Assembly: GCA_902521325.1 (NCBI GenBank)
Contig: CABYRE010000002.1
Coordinates: 40,588 to 104,587 of the forward strand
Source: an uncultured Alphaproteobacteria bacterium
Lineage (GTDB): Bacteria > Pseudomonadota > Alphaproteobacteria > HIMB59 > GCA-002718135
Reading direction: 5' to 3'
DNA length: 64,000 bases
The stretch's first letter is position 1; each line of letters opens with the position of its first letter. The position numbers were made by a program, and so were the translations under genes. Positions 30,301-39,838 of this stretch are shown piece after piece. The notes below the pieces were generated by a model, which worked only from the letters and a program-made list of their open reading frames with translations, searched no databases and had not been told where the DNA came from.

Positions 30301-30748
30301 CTTTTTGAACACTTTTTAAATTTTCTTTTGTTACAAGAACTGACGGAACGATGCCTACCTTTGCTTCCTCCGCAACTTTTTTAGCTTCAGTTTTATTTCC
30401 AAATCTTTTTAGTATTTCTTTACTAGGTCCAATAAATGTTATGTCATTTTTTTCACACTGCTCAGCCAGTTCAGGACTCTCAGATAAAAATCCATAACCT
30501 GGATGGATAGCATCAACCTGAGCATCTTTGGCAATTTTAATAATGGAGTCTATGTCCAAATATGCTTGAATTGGACCTTTGCCCTCACCAACTAAATAAC
30601 TTTCATCCGTTTTAAATCGGTGAATAGCAAAACGATCTTCTTTAGAATAAATAGCAGCTGTTTTAATACCAGACTCTTCAGCAGCTCTAAAAATTCGAAT
30701 AGCAATTTCACTTCTGTTTGCTGCTAAAATTTTACCAATCTTTTTCAT
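27308..30748 (-). CDS. pyc: Pyruvate carboxylase (single-chain).
   Basis: About 1146 aa with an N-terminal biotin carboxylase ATP-grasp domain, a carboxyltransferase HxH site (IHFHTHDTSG) and a C-terminal biotinyl motif EAMKME. The ORF-track start at 30751 is a TTG immediately before ATG at 30748. Confidence 0.92.
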   Translation of the reverse strand: MKKIGKILAANRSEIAIRIFRAAEESGIKTAAIYSKEDRFAIHRFKTDESYLVGEGKGPIQAYLDIDSIIKIAKDAQVDAIHPGYGFLSESPELAEQCEKNDITFIGPSKEILKRFGNKTEAKKVAEEAKVGIVPSVLVTKENLKSVQKEVEKIGYPVIVKASWGGGGRGMRVVRSSNELIDQITTAQSESLKAFGKDEVFIEKFLEDAAHIEVQILGDKHGNIIHLFERDCSLQRRHQKIIERAPAHFLENKTREEICNAAIKIAKQVKYFGAGTVEFLFDKKSGEFYFIEVNPRIQVEHTVTEEVTGIDIVKAQIKIAEGQKIGSHPALPKQEDIHLNGFAIQCRVTTEDPLNNFMPDYGKIMTYRSAAGFGVRLDAANASSGSIITPYYDSLLVKVTTWAKHQDDCIKRMDRALREFRIRGVKTNLVFLESLINNKDFLEGNYNTNFVDTKKELYAYNPQKDRASKIVSYLGNIIVNGHNDVSGRVSNNSTVEVQIPISNTKSEKNNYVKDLQTLGPEKFAKKIKEAPYTLITDTTMRDAHQSLLATRMRTDDLINIAEYYSENLSNLFSLECWGGATFDTSMRFLKEDPWDRLARLNKRAPNLLKQMLFRGSNAVGYKNYPDNVVKHFIQQSAEAGIDVFRVFDSLNLIDNMRVAIEEVRNQNKICEGTICYTNDVTDPNEKKYTLKYYIDLVRDLEKAGAHVIAIKDMAGLAKPNAIKKLVNEIKQTTDLPIHFHTHDTSGTSSASVLAAIEEKVDIVDLAIDSMSGLTSQPALGSIVSIMKQNHQDPKLDEEAIRTLSLYWEQVRQNYHAFETDFKGGSSDVYLHQMPGGQFTNLKEQARSLGITTDKWGMVANKYAEVNQLFGDIVKVTPSSKIVGDMALYMIANDLSKEDVLDPKKEISFPASVIEFFKGEIGIPQGGFPKELQKKVLGDTKPLTKRPGEVLKSVDLDKEAKDLEDEIGMKVNQTHLASYLMYPKVFKDYVDHFKEFSDTSILSTELFFYGPQQDKEYTIEIDKGKNLILRYLAKSEVNSNGKCSVFFEINGQPRTIDIENKEFSKNITQRAKADDNNVDHVGSPLPGQVAKIFVQTGSKVIKGDKLLVIEAMKMETTINADKSGTIKSINVASGDNVETKDLLVEIS

Positions 30749-30960
30749 CAAGCCACCATTAAATAAGGATTATTACTTAATATTTTTTCGGAAATGCATC
30801 TATATGTTCCTTCCTAAATTAGCAAGAGATCAAAGGAATTTAGCCATTTTTTAGGATTTGGAAGCAATTATAAATTGATAATAAAATGCAAATTATCGAT
30901 TTAATATCTGTGCACATATGTCCCTTTATCAGAAAGGTTATTTTATATTAATGTCAAATT

Positions 30961-31407
30961 ATGAATTCATTAAATGAAAATATAAGACCTTATCAAAGCT
31001 GTTCTAAATCAGTCTTTTTAGTTTTAGGAATTATTTTTATAAGTTGGATTTCATTATTCTCTATTTTTCTTATTGCACAAGGTGCATGGCCTGTATCTAT
31101 ATTTCTTGGACTTGAATATCTGATAATTTTTTATTTAATCCGTTTATATTTCAAAGAAAAAAATATTAAGGATGAAATTAATATTGATCAAAAAGAAATA
31201 TCTATAAGAAAATATAAAGGTAATAAACTTTTACATTCATCTAAATTCAGCACTTATTGGTCCAAAGTTTTTTTTACAAAATTTAAAAACACATCCAAGT
31301 TATCAATAAGAGAATCAGATAAAGAAACTGAAGTTGCAACTTTCTTGCATGCTGATTTAAAGGAAAGTTTGTACTTAAGAATTAAAAGACAATTAAGCCA
31401 TTATTAA
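30961..31407 (+). CDS. DUF2244 integral membrane protein.
   Basis: 148 aa with two N-terminal TM helices containing ...AQGAWPV..FLGLE..., as in DUF2244. Confidence 0.55.
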   Translation: MNSLNENIRPYQSCSKSVFLVLGIIFISWISLFSIFLIAQGAWPVSIFLGLEYLIIFYLIRLYFKEKNIKDEINIDQKEISIRKYKGNKLLHSSKFSTYWSKVFFTKFKNTSKLSIRESDKETEVATFLHADLKESLYLRIKRQLSHY

Positions 31408-32207
31408 AATAACAAGTCATTCATATTGAAAAGACCTGTTTTCTTTTTATAAATAAAGATAGCTGCTTCGATGGCCCCATCTACAAAAATTGATCGATTA
31501 TTAGCTTTATGAACTAGATCAACTCTATCATTGGTACCAATAAAACTTACTGTATGTTCACCTGCAATTTCACCGCCTCTTGTAACAGAAAAACCTATGT
31601 CACCTTTTTTTCTAGATGATAATTTTTTTGTACGATCTAAAACTTTTGATTTATTTAATTTAGTTTTTCTTCCCTCAGCTGCATATTCACCCAAAGATAA
31701 TGCAGTTCCAGAAGGAGCATCTTTTTTATGTTTGTGATGAGTCTCAGCAATTTCAATATCATAATCAGTATCTTTTAAAGCTGATGCTGTTTGTTTTACT
31801 AAGTTAAATAATAAGTTAACGCCCAAACTCATGTTAGAAGACATGAGTATAGGTATTTTTTTCGAATAACTTTTTACTTTCTTTTTTTGTGCGTCTGTCA
31901 TTCCAGTTGTACCAATAACAACCGCTGTTTTATTTGTGGAGGCAATTTTAAGATTATCTAAAGTTGACTCAGGTGTTGTAAAATCAATTATGACATTTGC
32001 TTCTTTGATTAACTGAGCTGCATTAGCGGTAACTAATTTTGCAGACTGTATACTTGAAACTTTGTTTAAAGGTTTGTTTATGTCTTTATGTTTTTTGTGT
32101 TCAAAACCACCAACAAATTCTAAATTTTTATTTTGTAAAATTTGTTTCGATATTTCCTGACCCATTCGGCCAAGACAACCTGCAACTGCTATTTTAATTT
32201 TTGGCAT
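31404..32207 (-). CDS. dapB: 4-hydroxy-tetrahydrodipicolinate reductase.
   Basis: Contains KIAVAGCLGRMG and ETHHKHKKDAPSGTA. Confidence 0.9.
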   Translation of the reverse strand: MPKIKIAVAGCLGRMGQEISKQILQNKNLEFVGGFEHKKHKDINKPLNKVSSIQSAKLVTANAAQLIKEANVIIDFTTPESTLDNLKIASTNKTAVVIGTTGMTDAQKKKVKSYSKKIPILMSSNMSLGVNLLFNLVKQTASALKDTDYDIEIAETHHKHKKDAPSGTALSLGEYAAEGRKTKLNKSKVLDRTKKLSSRKKGDIGFSVTRGGEIAGEHTVSFIGTNDRVDLVHKANNRSIFVDGAIEAAIFIYKKKTGLFNMNDLLF

Positions 32208-32248
32208 AAAAACTTCTTATACTTTGGTGATTGTAAGTTGAAAAGAAA

Positions 32249-33382
32249 TTAAGTTAAATCTTCCCAGACTTCTTTTAATTTTGAGAAAAAACCTTGTGAT
32301 TTTGGGCTATGTTTTTTTGATGTCCCACCTTCATTTTCAAACTCTCTCAAAATATCTTTTTGTTTACTATTTAGATTGACTGGTATTTCAACGTTAGCTT
32401 GCACATACATATCGCCCCTTCTACTTTGTCGAAGTATACTCATTCCTTTACCGCGTAGTCTAAATTGTGTCTCAGATTGTGTTCCTGCTGGAATATTAAG
32501 TCTAGCTTTTTTTCCTTCTATAGTTGGTACTTCTATTTCACCGCCTAGAATAGCCGTTGTTATGGAGATTGGTATTTCACAAAATAGATTTTCTTCTTCT
32601 CTTTCAAAAAGTTTATCTTTTTGAACCTCAACAAAAATGTATAGATCGCCATTTCCTGCACCTCTTTCACCTGGCTCTCCTTCACCAGCAATTCTAATTC
32701 TTGTACCTGTATCAACACCAGCGGGGATAGTAACTGAAATTGTTTTCTGTTTTTTAATATTTCCAGTTCCAGAACATTTAAGACATGGATTTTTTATACT
32801 TGAACCTTCTCCACCACATGTAGGGCATGGTCTTTCAATAGAAAAAAAGCCTTGTTGTGATCGAACTTTACCTGCACCACCACAGGTAGAACAAGTACTT
32901 GGTCCAGATTTATCTGCACTTCCAGTTGCTGCACATGCATCACAACCAACATAAGTTGGAATTCTTATTTGTGGTTTCTTTCCAGTGAAAGCTTCAAATA
33001 GTGAAACGGACATATTATAACGAAGATCACTTCCTCTTTGAGGTCCTCGTCTTCTTGATGATTGTCCTCCAAATCCTCCACCAAAGAACTCTTCAAAGAT
33101 ATCAGAAAAACCACCTGCAAAATCTCCAAAGCCTTGAGCTCCACCCATTCCACCTTGTTTGAAAGCGTCATGTCCATATTGATCATAAGCTGATCTTTTT
33201 TCTGAATCTTTTAGAACTTCGTAAGCAGCAGCTGCTTCTTTGAATTTTCTTTCAGCTGTTTTGTCATCCTTGTTACGATCAGGATGATATTTCATGGCCT
33301 GTTTTCTATAAGCTTTTTTTATTTCATCTTCACTGGCGTTTCGTTGAACACCTAGTATCTCATAGAAATCTTTATCAGCCAC
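32249..33382 (-). CDS. dnaJ: Chaperone DnaJ.
   Basis: J-domain HPD (KYHPDRN), a G/F region and four CxxCxGxG zinc motifs. Confidence 0.93.
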   Translation of the reverse strand: MADKDFYEILGVQRNASEDEIKKAYRKQAMKYHPDRNKDDKTAERKFKEAAAAYEVLKDSEKRSAYDQYGHDAFKQGGMGGAQGFGDFAGGFSDIFEEFFGGGFGGQSSRRRGPQRGSDLRYNMSVSLFEAFTGKKPQIRIPTYVGCDACAATGSADKSGPSTCSTCGGAGKVRSQQGFFSIERPCPTCGGEGSSIKNPCLKCSGTGNIKKQKTISVTIPAGVDTGTRIRIAGEGEPGERGAGNGDLYIFVEVQKDKLFEREEENLFCEIPISITTAILGGEIEVPTIEGKKARLNIPAGTQSETQFRLRGKGMSILRQSRRGDMYVQANVEIPVNLNSKQKDILREFENEGGTSKKHSPKSQGFFSKLKEVWEDLT

Positions 33383-33410
33383 ATCTCCTCCTTATAAAAA
33401 TTATGGAGCG

Positions 33411-35333
33411 TTAATCTTTTTTATCTTCGTCTACTTCTTCAAATTCAGCATCTACAACTTTTTCATCTTTTGTATTATCTGCTGATGGTTCAGCACCTGA
33501 TGGGTCAGGTTGTGGCCCAGCACCTTGAGGGTTTTGTTTATAAATTGCTTCACCCATTTTCAAAGATGACTGAACAAGTGCTTCAGTTTTAGATTTTATA
33601 GCTTCTAAATCTTCACCATCTTTCACTTTCTTGAGTTCTTCGATATCTTCTGTAATTTTATTTTTATCAGCTTCAGGAATTTTATCTCCATGCTCTTTAA
33701 GGTTTTTTTCAGTCTCGTTTATTAAGCTGTCAGCATGATTTCTCGTATCAACAGCTTCTCTTTTCTTTTTATCTGACTCAGCATTTTCTTCTGCCTCTTT
33801 AACCATTTTTTCGATTTCATCATCTGATAATCCTCCAGAAGCTTGAATTTTAATCTGCTGTTCTTTACCAGTTGATTTATCTTTAGCAGAAACATTAACA
33901 ATACCGTTGGCATCAATATCAAAAGTTACTTCAATTTGTGGCATTCCTCTTGCAGCAGGTGGAATACCAACTAAATCAAACTGTCCAAGTAATTTGTTAT
34001 CCGCAGCCATTTCTCTTTCACCTTGAAAAACTCTTATTGTAACCGCACTTTGGTTATCTTCAGCTGTAGAGAATACTTGGCTCTTCTTTGTTGGGATAGT
34101 TGTGTTTTTATCAATAAGTTTTGTAAATACACCGCCAAGTGTTTCTATACCAAGTGATAGCGGTGTAACATCAAGTAATAAAACATCTTTTACATCGCCT
34201 TGTAATACTCCTGCTTGAATAGCAGCACCGGATGCAACAACTTCATCTGGGTTAACACCTTTATTAGGCTCTTTACCAAAGAAGTTTTTTACTATCTCTG
34301 TTACTTTAGGCATTCTTGTCATACCACCAACCAAAATAACATCATCAATTTCAGCAGCTTGTAATCCAGCATCTTTTAGTGCCATTTCGCAAGGTTTTAA
34401 ACTTTGGTTTAAAAGTTCACCTACGATAGCTTCTAGTTTTGCTCTCGATAATTTTATCGTTAAATGTTTAGGACCAGATTGATCAGCAGTAATGAACGGC
34501 AAGTTAACTTCTGTTTCAGTTGAACTTGATAATTCAATTTTTGCTTTCTCTGCAGCTTCTTTCAAACGTTGAAGAGCAAGTTTATCTGAACGTAAATCAA
34601 TACCATTATCTTTTTTGAATTCATCAGCAAGGTAATCAATAATTTTAAGATCAAAATCTTCACCACCAAGATGCGTATCACCATTGGTTGATTTAACTTC
34701 AAAAACACCGTCACCAATTTCTAAGATAGAAATATCAAATGTACCTCCACCAAGATCATAAACAGCAACAGTACCAGTTTTCTTTTTATCTAAACCATAT
34801 GCTAATGCTGCAGCAGTAGGCTCATTAATAATTCTTAAAACTTCAAGGCCAGCTATTTTACCAGCATCCTTTGTTGCTTGTCTTTGAGCATCATTAAAAT
34901 ATGCAGGAACAGTTATGACTGCTTGAGTAACATCTTCGCCTAAATATGACTCTGCAGTCTCTTTCATTTTTTGTAAAATGAATGCACTTATCTGACTAGG
35001 GCTATATTTATCTCCGCGCGCTTCTACCCACGCATCGCCGTTATCACCTTTTACAATTTTATAAGGTACTAATCCGCTATCAGACTTAACCGCTTCATCT
35101 TCAAATGTTCTTCCTATTAATCTTTTTATGGCAAATAAAGTATTTTCAGAATTAGTTACTGCTTGTCTTTTAGCTGACTGTCCAACAAGTTTTTCTTTCG
35201 TATCACTGAATGCTACCATTGAAGGAGTTGTTCTTCCACCTTCAGAGTTTTCAATTACCTTTGGCTCCTTACCATCCATTACTGCAACGCAGGAGTTTGT
35301 AGTACCTAAATCAATACCAATTACTTTTGCCAT
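33411..35333 (-). CDS. dnaK: Chaperone DnaK (Hsp70).
   Basis: Contains [16 protein letters not shown] and [11 protein letters not shown]. Confidence 0.95.
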   Translation of the reverse strand: MAKVIGIDLGTTNSCVAVMDGKEPKVIENSEGGRTTPSMVAFSDTKEKLVGQSAKRQAVTNSENTLFAIKRLIGRTFEDEAVKSDSGLVPYKIVKGDNGDAWVEARGDKYSPSQISAFILQKMKETAESYLGEDVTQAVITVPAYFNDAQRQATKDAGKIAGLEVLRIINEPTAAALAYGLDKKKTGTVAVYDLGGGTFDISILEIGDGVFEVKSTNGDTHLGGEDFDLKIIDYLADEFKKDNGIDLRSDKLALQRLKEAAEKAKIELSSSTETEVNLPFITADQSGPKHLTIKLSRAKLEAIVGELLNQSLKPCEMALKDAGLQAAEIDDVILVGGMTRMPKVTEIVKNFFGKEPNKGVNPDEVVASGAAIQAGVLQGDVKDVLLLDVTPLSLGIETLGGVFTKLIDKNTTIPTKKSQVFSTAEDNQSAVTIRVFQGEREMAADNKLLGQFDLVGIPPAARGMPQIEVTFDIDANGIVNVSAKDKSTGKEQQIKIQASGGLSDDEIEKMVKEAEENAESDKKKREAVDTRNHADSLINETEKNLKEHGDKIPEADKNKITEDIEELKKVKDGEDLEAIKSKTEALVQSSLKMGEAIYKQNPQGAGPQPDPSGAEPSADNTKDEKVVDAEFEEVDEDKKD

Positions 35334-35384
35334 ATTTTTAATCCTCTTTACTTAATTAATTACCAATAATCATTGGTTACATTA

Positions 35385-35413
35385 GATATGGGAAAAAAGA
35401 TTTAAAATACAAG
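35385..35413 (-). promoter_or_regulatory. Sigma-32-type promoter upstream of dnaK.
   Basis: Minus strand CTTGTA (35413-35408), 14 nt, TCCCATATC (35393-35385). A 6-bp hairpin ACCAAT-GATT-ATTGGT follows in the leader. Confidence 0.5.
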
Positions 35414-35458
35414 GATGTTCCCGATTAATATTAAAAAAAACAAGTAATTTAGGGCTTT

Positions 35459-36130
35459 TTATGACTTTTCTTTACTCTCATTTTCAGGATTGTCTTCTTC
35501 TTGTTCTCCTGTGGGTTCTTCTGTTTTAGCGACTGGTTTTTTGGAAACCCCAACCATTGCTGCTCTTAATAAACGATCGTGCATTGTATAGCCAGATTGG
35601 ACTTCTTGTACTACTGTTCCTTCTTCTACATCATTATTTTCAACTTCCATCATAGCTTGATGAAAATTATGATCAAATTTTTGATTTAAAGTTTCGATTT
35701 TTTTGACCCCGTGTTTTTCAAGAGTACTTTTATATTCTTTAAGTACCATTTTTAAACCATCGATAAGATTTTTTATACTTTCTGGATGATTTTCATCTTC
35801 TGGTAAAGCATCTAGCGCTCTTTCTAGATTATCTCCTGGCGACAGAATATCTCTTGCTAAGTTTATGCTACCAAACTTTATTGTTTCAACTTTTTCTCGT
35901 TCAAATCTTTTTCTAAGATTTTCCATTTCAGCTAGTAATCGGATTTTTTCTTCTTTTAGTGTTTCAATTTCCTTTTCTAAACTATCTTCTTCTGTATTTT
36001 CATCTTCACTTGTCTCTTCTGTATCTGTGTTTTCTTCATTATCATTATTATCTTCTTCGTTTTCAATATTCTCAGAATCAGGTTCTTTAATATCTTCTTG
36101 TTGGTTATCTTCTTCTTTTTTCTCAACCAT
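35459..36130 (-). CDS. grpE: Nucleotide exchange factor GrpE.
   Basis: Acidic low-complexity N-terminus, a coiled coil (LRKRFEREK) and C-terminal ...GYTMHDRLLRAAMV. Confidence 0.9.
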   Translation of the reverse strand: MVEKKEEDNQQEDIKEPDSENIENEEDNNDNEENTDTEETSEDENTEEDSLEKEIETLKEEKIRLLAEMENLRKRFEREKVETIKFGSINLARDILSPGDNLERALDALPEDENHPESIKNLIDGLKMVLKEYKSTLEKHGVKKIETLNQKFDHNFHQAMMEVENNDVEEGTVVQEVQSGYTMHDRLLRAAMVGVSKKPVAKTEEPTGEQEEDNPENESKEKS

Positions 36131-37176
36131 TAATCAATCACCTTCCCAATAATTTTTGACGTATAATCAACAAGTGGAACAATTTTGGAATAGTTTAACC
36201 TTGTTGGACCAACTACGCCTATAGCCCCAATAATTTCTTGATCATTATTTTTATATGGGGCCATTACCATAGAAAGACCAGAGTGTTTAAACAAAAAATT
36301 TTTAGATCCGATAAAAATTTGAACACCTTTTGCCTTTCCTGCAGTTTCTAATATATCTACAAAACTGGATTTTTTCTCAATTTCATCAAAAAGATTTCGA
36401 ATTTGATCTAAATCTTTTGAAACTATTTCATCTTTTAATAAATTTGATTGGCCATGTAAAAAAATATAAGGATTTTTGCTGTTAGGCTGAGTTTCAATAA
36501 TACCTTGTTGAATTAATTTTGAAGAGATTGACTCTAACTCATTTTGTGAATTTTTTATTTCTGTTTGAATTAGTCTTTTAATTTTTGAAATATTTTTATT
36601 GGTAAACTTTGATGTAAGGTAATTAGAAGCCTGTATAAGTAACGAACTATTATATTTTCCATTATCTTCGATGATGCGATTTTCTACTTCTCCATTTTCA
36701 TAAGCAAGAATAAGCATTAATTGATTACTATTTAATCTTATAAACTCAACGTGCTTTAAGTTTTTTTGAAATTTTGGGGCAATAACTATTCCCGCATAAC
36801 TTGATAATCCTGAAATAGCCTTAGAAGCAACATCGAGAACCTCCTCATAAGATTTGCCTTTTGCTAAACATTGTTGTTTAATATTTTCTTTATCTATTTT
36901 TGAAATTCTTCCAAACTCTAAAAGTCCATCAACAAAAAATCTCATACCCTTCTCAGTGGGCATTCTTCCTGCTGATCTATGCGGAGCATACAAAAGTCCT
37001 TCTTTTTGTAAATTTGATAAAATGGATCTGATTGATGCTGAGGAAAGATTTAAGCCTCCCATCTTCATAATTGTTTCTGATCCTGCTGGAGATCCAGTTT
37101 TAAGATATGATTCAACTAATTTTTTGAAAATTAATTTCGATCTATCATTAATTTGCGCATATACATTATCAGACAT
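36130..37176 (-). CDS. hrcA: Heat-inducible transcription repressor HrcA.
   Basis: 348 aa, directly upstream of grpE with a 1-nt overlap. N-terminal winged-helix region ...YLKTGSPAGSETI.... Confidence 0.8.
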   Translation of the reverse strand: MSDNVYAQINDRSKLIFKKLVESYLKTGSPAGSETIMKMGGLNLSSASIRSILSNLQKEGLLYAPHRSAGRMPTEKGMRFFVDGLLEFGRISKIDKENIKQQCLAKGKSYEEVLDVASKAISGLSSYAGIVIAPKFQKNLKHVEFIRLNSNQLMLILAYENGEVENRIIEDNGKYNSSLLIQASNYLTSKFTNKNISKIKRLIQTEIKNSQNELESISSKLIQQGIIETQPNSKNPYIFLHGQSNLLKDEIVSKDLDQIRNLFDEIEKKSSFVDILETAGKAKGVQIFIGSKNFLFKHSGLSMVMAPYKNNDQEIIGAIGVVGPTRLNYSKIVPLVDYTSKIIGKVID

Positions 37177-37223
37177 AAGAATTTTATTTAAAAATAATTT
37201 TTATCTACTATTATTAAATTTAT

Positions 37224-37934
37224 ATGAGAAAAGATAGATCCTTCAATCAAATGCGTAAAATTTCATTTGAGAAAAATGTAAATATTCATGCAGATGGTTC
37301 GTGTTTAGTAAAATTTGGAAACACACATGTCCTTTGTCTTGCTACAATTGATGAAAAAGTTCCACACTGGTTAAAGAATACTGGTAAAGGTTGGGTTACA
37401 GCAGAATACGGCATGCTACCAAGATCAACAAATACAAGGATGGATAGAGAAGCAGCAAAAGGAAAACAGTCTGGAAGGACGCAAGAAATACAAAGATTAA
37501 TAGGCAGAAGTTTGAGATCCATTATAGATTTATCAAATCTAGGAGAAAGACAAATAAAAATAGACTGTGATGTAATTCAAGCAGATGGTGGAACAAGAAC
37601 TGCTTCAATAAGTGGTGGTTTTATTTCTTTATACCTGGCAATAGAAAAATTGAAGAACAATTATAATCTCCAAAAACCGATTATTAAAAATTTTATAGGA
37701 GCGGTGTCTACTGGCATAGTAGAAAATAAAGCAATATTAGACTTAGATTATAAAGAAGACTCAGATGCTCAAGTAGATGCAAATTTTGTAATTTGTGATT
37801 CAGATGATATATCTGAAATACAAGTTACAGGTGAAGAGTTTTTTTTTAACGATAATCAATTTGCAGAAATGTTTTCACTTGCAAAGATTGGTGTTAAAGA
37901 AATAATTTCTAAGCAAAAAGAGGCATTGAAATAA
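37224..37934 (+). CDS. rph: Ribonuclease PH.
   Basis: Contains ADGSCLVKFGNTHVLC and GRTQEIQRLIGRSLR. Confidence 0.9.
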   Translation: MRKDRSFNQMRKISFEKNVNIHADGSCLVKFGNTHVLCLATIDEKVPHWLKNTGKGWVTAEYGMLPRSTNTRMDREAAKGKQSGRTQEIQRLIGRSLRSIIDLSNLGERQIKIDCDVIQADGGTRTASISGGFISLYLAIEKLKNNYNLQKPIIKNFIGAVSTGIVENKAILDLDYKEDSDAQVDANFVICDSDDISEIQVTGEEFFFNDNQFAEMFSLAKIGVKEIISKQKEALK

Positions 37935-37935
37935 A

Positions 37936-38517
37936 TTGAGAAAATTATTATTTTTTTCAAATAATAAAAACAAAACAATAGAAATAAAAAAAATTTTTAA
38001 AAAGTTTAAACTCGAAATTCTATCATTAAGTGATTTAGACATAAGCGATGAACCAAAAGAGAGTGGCCAAACTTTTGAGGAAAACGCTAAGATTAAATCA
38101 GACTACGGATTTAATAAAACTGGCTTTCCTTGTTTTGCCGATGACTCAGGAATATGTATTGAAAGCTTAAATTGGAAACCAGGTGTTCTTTCAAAAAGAT
38201 TTTTAAATAATTTCAAAAGTAATCAGGCTTGTTTTGAAAGTATAATTGAAAGTACTAAAAAAAATAATAAACAAAATGCTTACTTTAATACCTCAATAAG
38301 CCTAACAATTAAAAATAATCAAAACATTATATTTAATGGCAAGATTGATGGAAAAATTTCTGAACAAGCCAAGGGTAGATTTGGTTTTGGCTATGATCCA
38401 ATTTTCATTCCTAAAAATTATAACAAAACATTGGCCGAGCTAAGTACTAAAGAAAAAAATCAAATTAGCCATAGGTCTATAGCTGTAACAAAATTAATTA
38501 ACTTTTTAACTAATTAA
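37936..38517 (+). CDS. rdgB: Non-canonical purine NTP pyrophosphatase (dITP/XTP; RdgB/HAM1 family).
   Basis: TTG start. Contains ...EESGQTFEENA..K..., FADDSG and FGYDPIF. Confidence 0.8.
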   Translation: MRKLLFFSNNKNKTIEIKKIFKKFKLEILSLSDLDISDEPKESGQTFEENAKIKSDYGFNKTGFPCFADDSGICIESLNWKPGVLSKRFLNNFKSNQACFESIIESTKKNNKQNAYFNTSISLTIKNNQNIIFNGKIDGKISEQAKGRFGFGYDPIFIPKNYNKTLAELSTKEKNQISHRSIAVTKLINFLTN

Positions 38518-39838
38518 TTACAAAAGAATTTCCGTTATTTATCTTTAATATGTTAAGATCTCTCTCGATCATATTGTTTTTAAAATAAAAATTTCCATCA
38601 ACGCCATTAAATTTTTTATTTGGATTATTTAATAATCTTACTACGTCAGCAATTTTATATTGTTTGGAATAAATGAAATTTATTAGCCCTATTAAATCAT
38701 ATGGAAGTGTTGAAATTCTTAAAAACTCATCATCATATATTTCAATATAATTGTTAATTATGTTTATTCTTCTTGACTCAGGAACACCTGGATATATTGC
38801 TCCTTGCAAAGAGGGTTCGAAAAAAAAAGTTTTATCATCTATCACTCCAGTTCCCATAAACTGTACAATATTAGGATCTATGTCATAAAAAGGAAGAAGG
38901 GGTGCGACCTGTAATAAATTCAAACTATAATCAGCAATTAAGATGTGAGTAAAATCGTAGTCACTTGTAGTTTTAAATCTTTCTAATTTATTTAGTCTTT
39001 TTTTTGATTTTTCATCTTTTTTAGAAGATAAAATTTGTTTTTGTCTATTCAATTCATATTTTCTTAATTCATATTTTCCTAATTCTTTTATTGATTCTCT
39101 TACATTTGATAAATCTGCTTTATATGAAGATCTGTTTACTAATATTGCTGAGCTTTCAAATACTATATGATCAATTAGACTGTTTATTAAATAACCATAT
39201 TCATTCTCAGGATAAAGTAGCGCAACTTTTGCATTATCATTTAAATATAACATAAGTTGTGAAAGCTCGTTTTGTGGAAAAAAATTTATTAAGTAAACAC
39301 AATCTTTTGCTAGTGAAGACTTAGAGGAGTATGAAAAAAATATTACATTATGAGTACAATAATTATTTAAGAGCTTTGAATACTTAGATTGAATTGGTCC
39401 TAGAAAGATCTTCCCAGGTAATATATTTTTTTCTATAATTTTTTTTAGATCATTTTCATTTTCAAAAAATTCTATTTGAATAACAACATCATTTATACCA
39501 AGATTATAAATACCCAGTTCATAAGTACTCAAGAATTGTTTTGTGGTTTTTTTATCATCATCTTTTGCAAATAAAGCAATAATTGTTTTATCTAAGACAA
39601 CGTCCTCTAAAATCTTATTCTGTTTATCTTGTTTCTTTTCTTTTTTTTCAATTATTTTTTTTTCACTTTTAGTAATAATAGGTTTTTCAGAAATGGCTGT
39701 TTCTTGATCATTTTTTGTATCTTGTTTAGATAAATTTATTGGAGTACATGAAATTATAAATATAAATATATAAGTAATGAAAAATATTATTAATGGTCTC
39801 TCAATAGTAGCAACTCCTATTGGCAATTTAGATGACAT
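38510..39838 (-). CDS. Lipoprotein, LpoA/LppC-like penicillin-binding-protein activator (periplasmic-binding-protein fold).
   Basis: Lipobox IISC (Cys31). It is divergent from rsmI, as E. coli lpoA(yraM) is from rsmI(yraL). I have not verified sequence-level similarity. Confidence 0.45.
   Translation of the reverse strand: MSSKLPIGVATIERPLIIFFITYIFIFIISCTPINLSKQDTKNDQETAISEKPIITKSEKKIIEKKEKKQDKQNKILEDVVLDKTIIALFAKDDDKKTTKQFLSTYELGIYNLGINDVVIQIEFFENENDLKKIIEKNILPGKIFLGPIQSKYSKLLNNYCTHNVIFFSYSSKSSLAKDCVYLINFFPQNELSQLMLYLNDNAKVALLYPENEYGYLINSLIDHIVFESSAILVNRSSYKADLSNVRESIKELGKYELRKYELNRQKQILSSKKDEKSKKRLNKLERFKTTSDYDFTHILIADYSLNLLQVAPLLPFYDIDPNIVQFMGTGVIDDKTFFFEPSLQGAIYPGVPESRRINIINNYIEIYDDEFLRISTLPYDLIGLINFIYSKQYKIADVVRLLNNPNKKFNGVDGNFYFKNNMIERDLNILKINNGNSFVIN

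Noticed and set aside
30876-30897. Fur-box-like inverted repeat GATAAT-N9-ATTATC.
   Set aside because: The spacing is 2 bp longer than the 19-bp Fur consensus (GATAAT-N7-ATTATC). The flanking genes (pyc, DUF2244) have no iron link, and such AT hexamers are common here. It is kept only as a minor note in the spacer finding.
35334-37223. CIRCE (TTAGCACTC-N9-GAGTGCTAA) upstream of dnaK or of hrcA-grpE.
   Set aside because: It is not present. The only TTAGCAC in the window (about 27120, inside the lipoprotein gene) lacks the second half-site.
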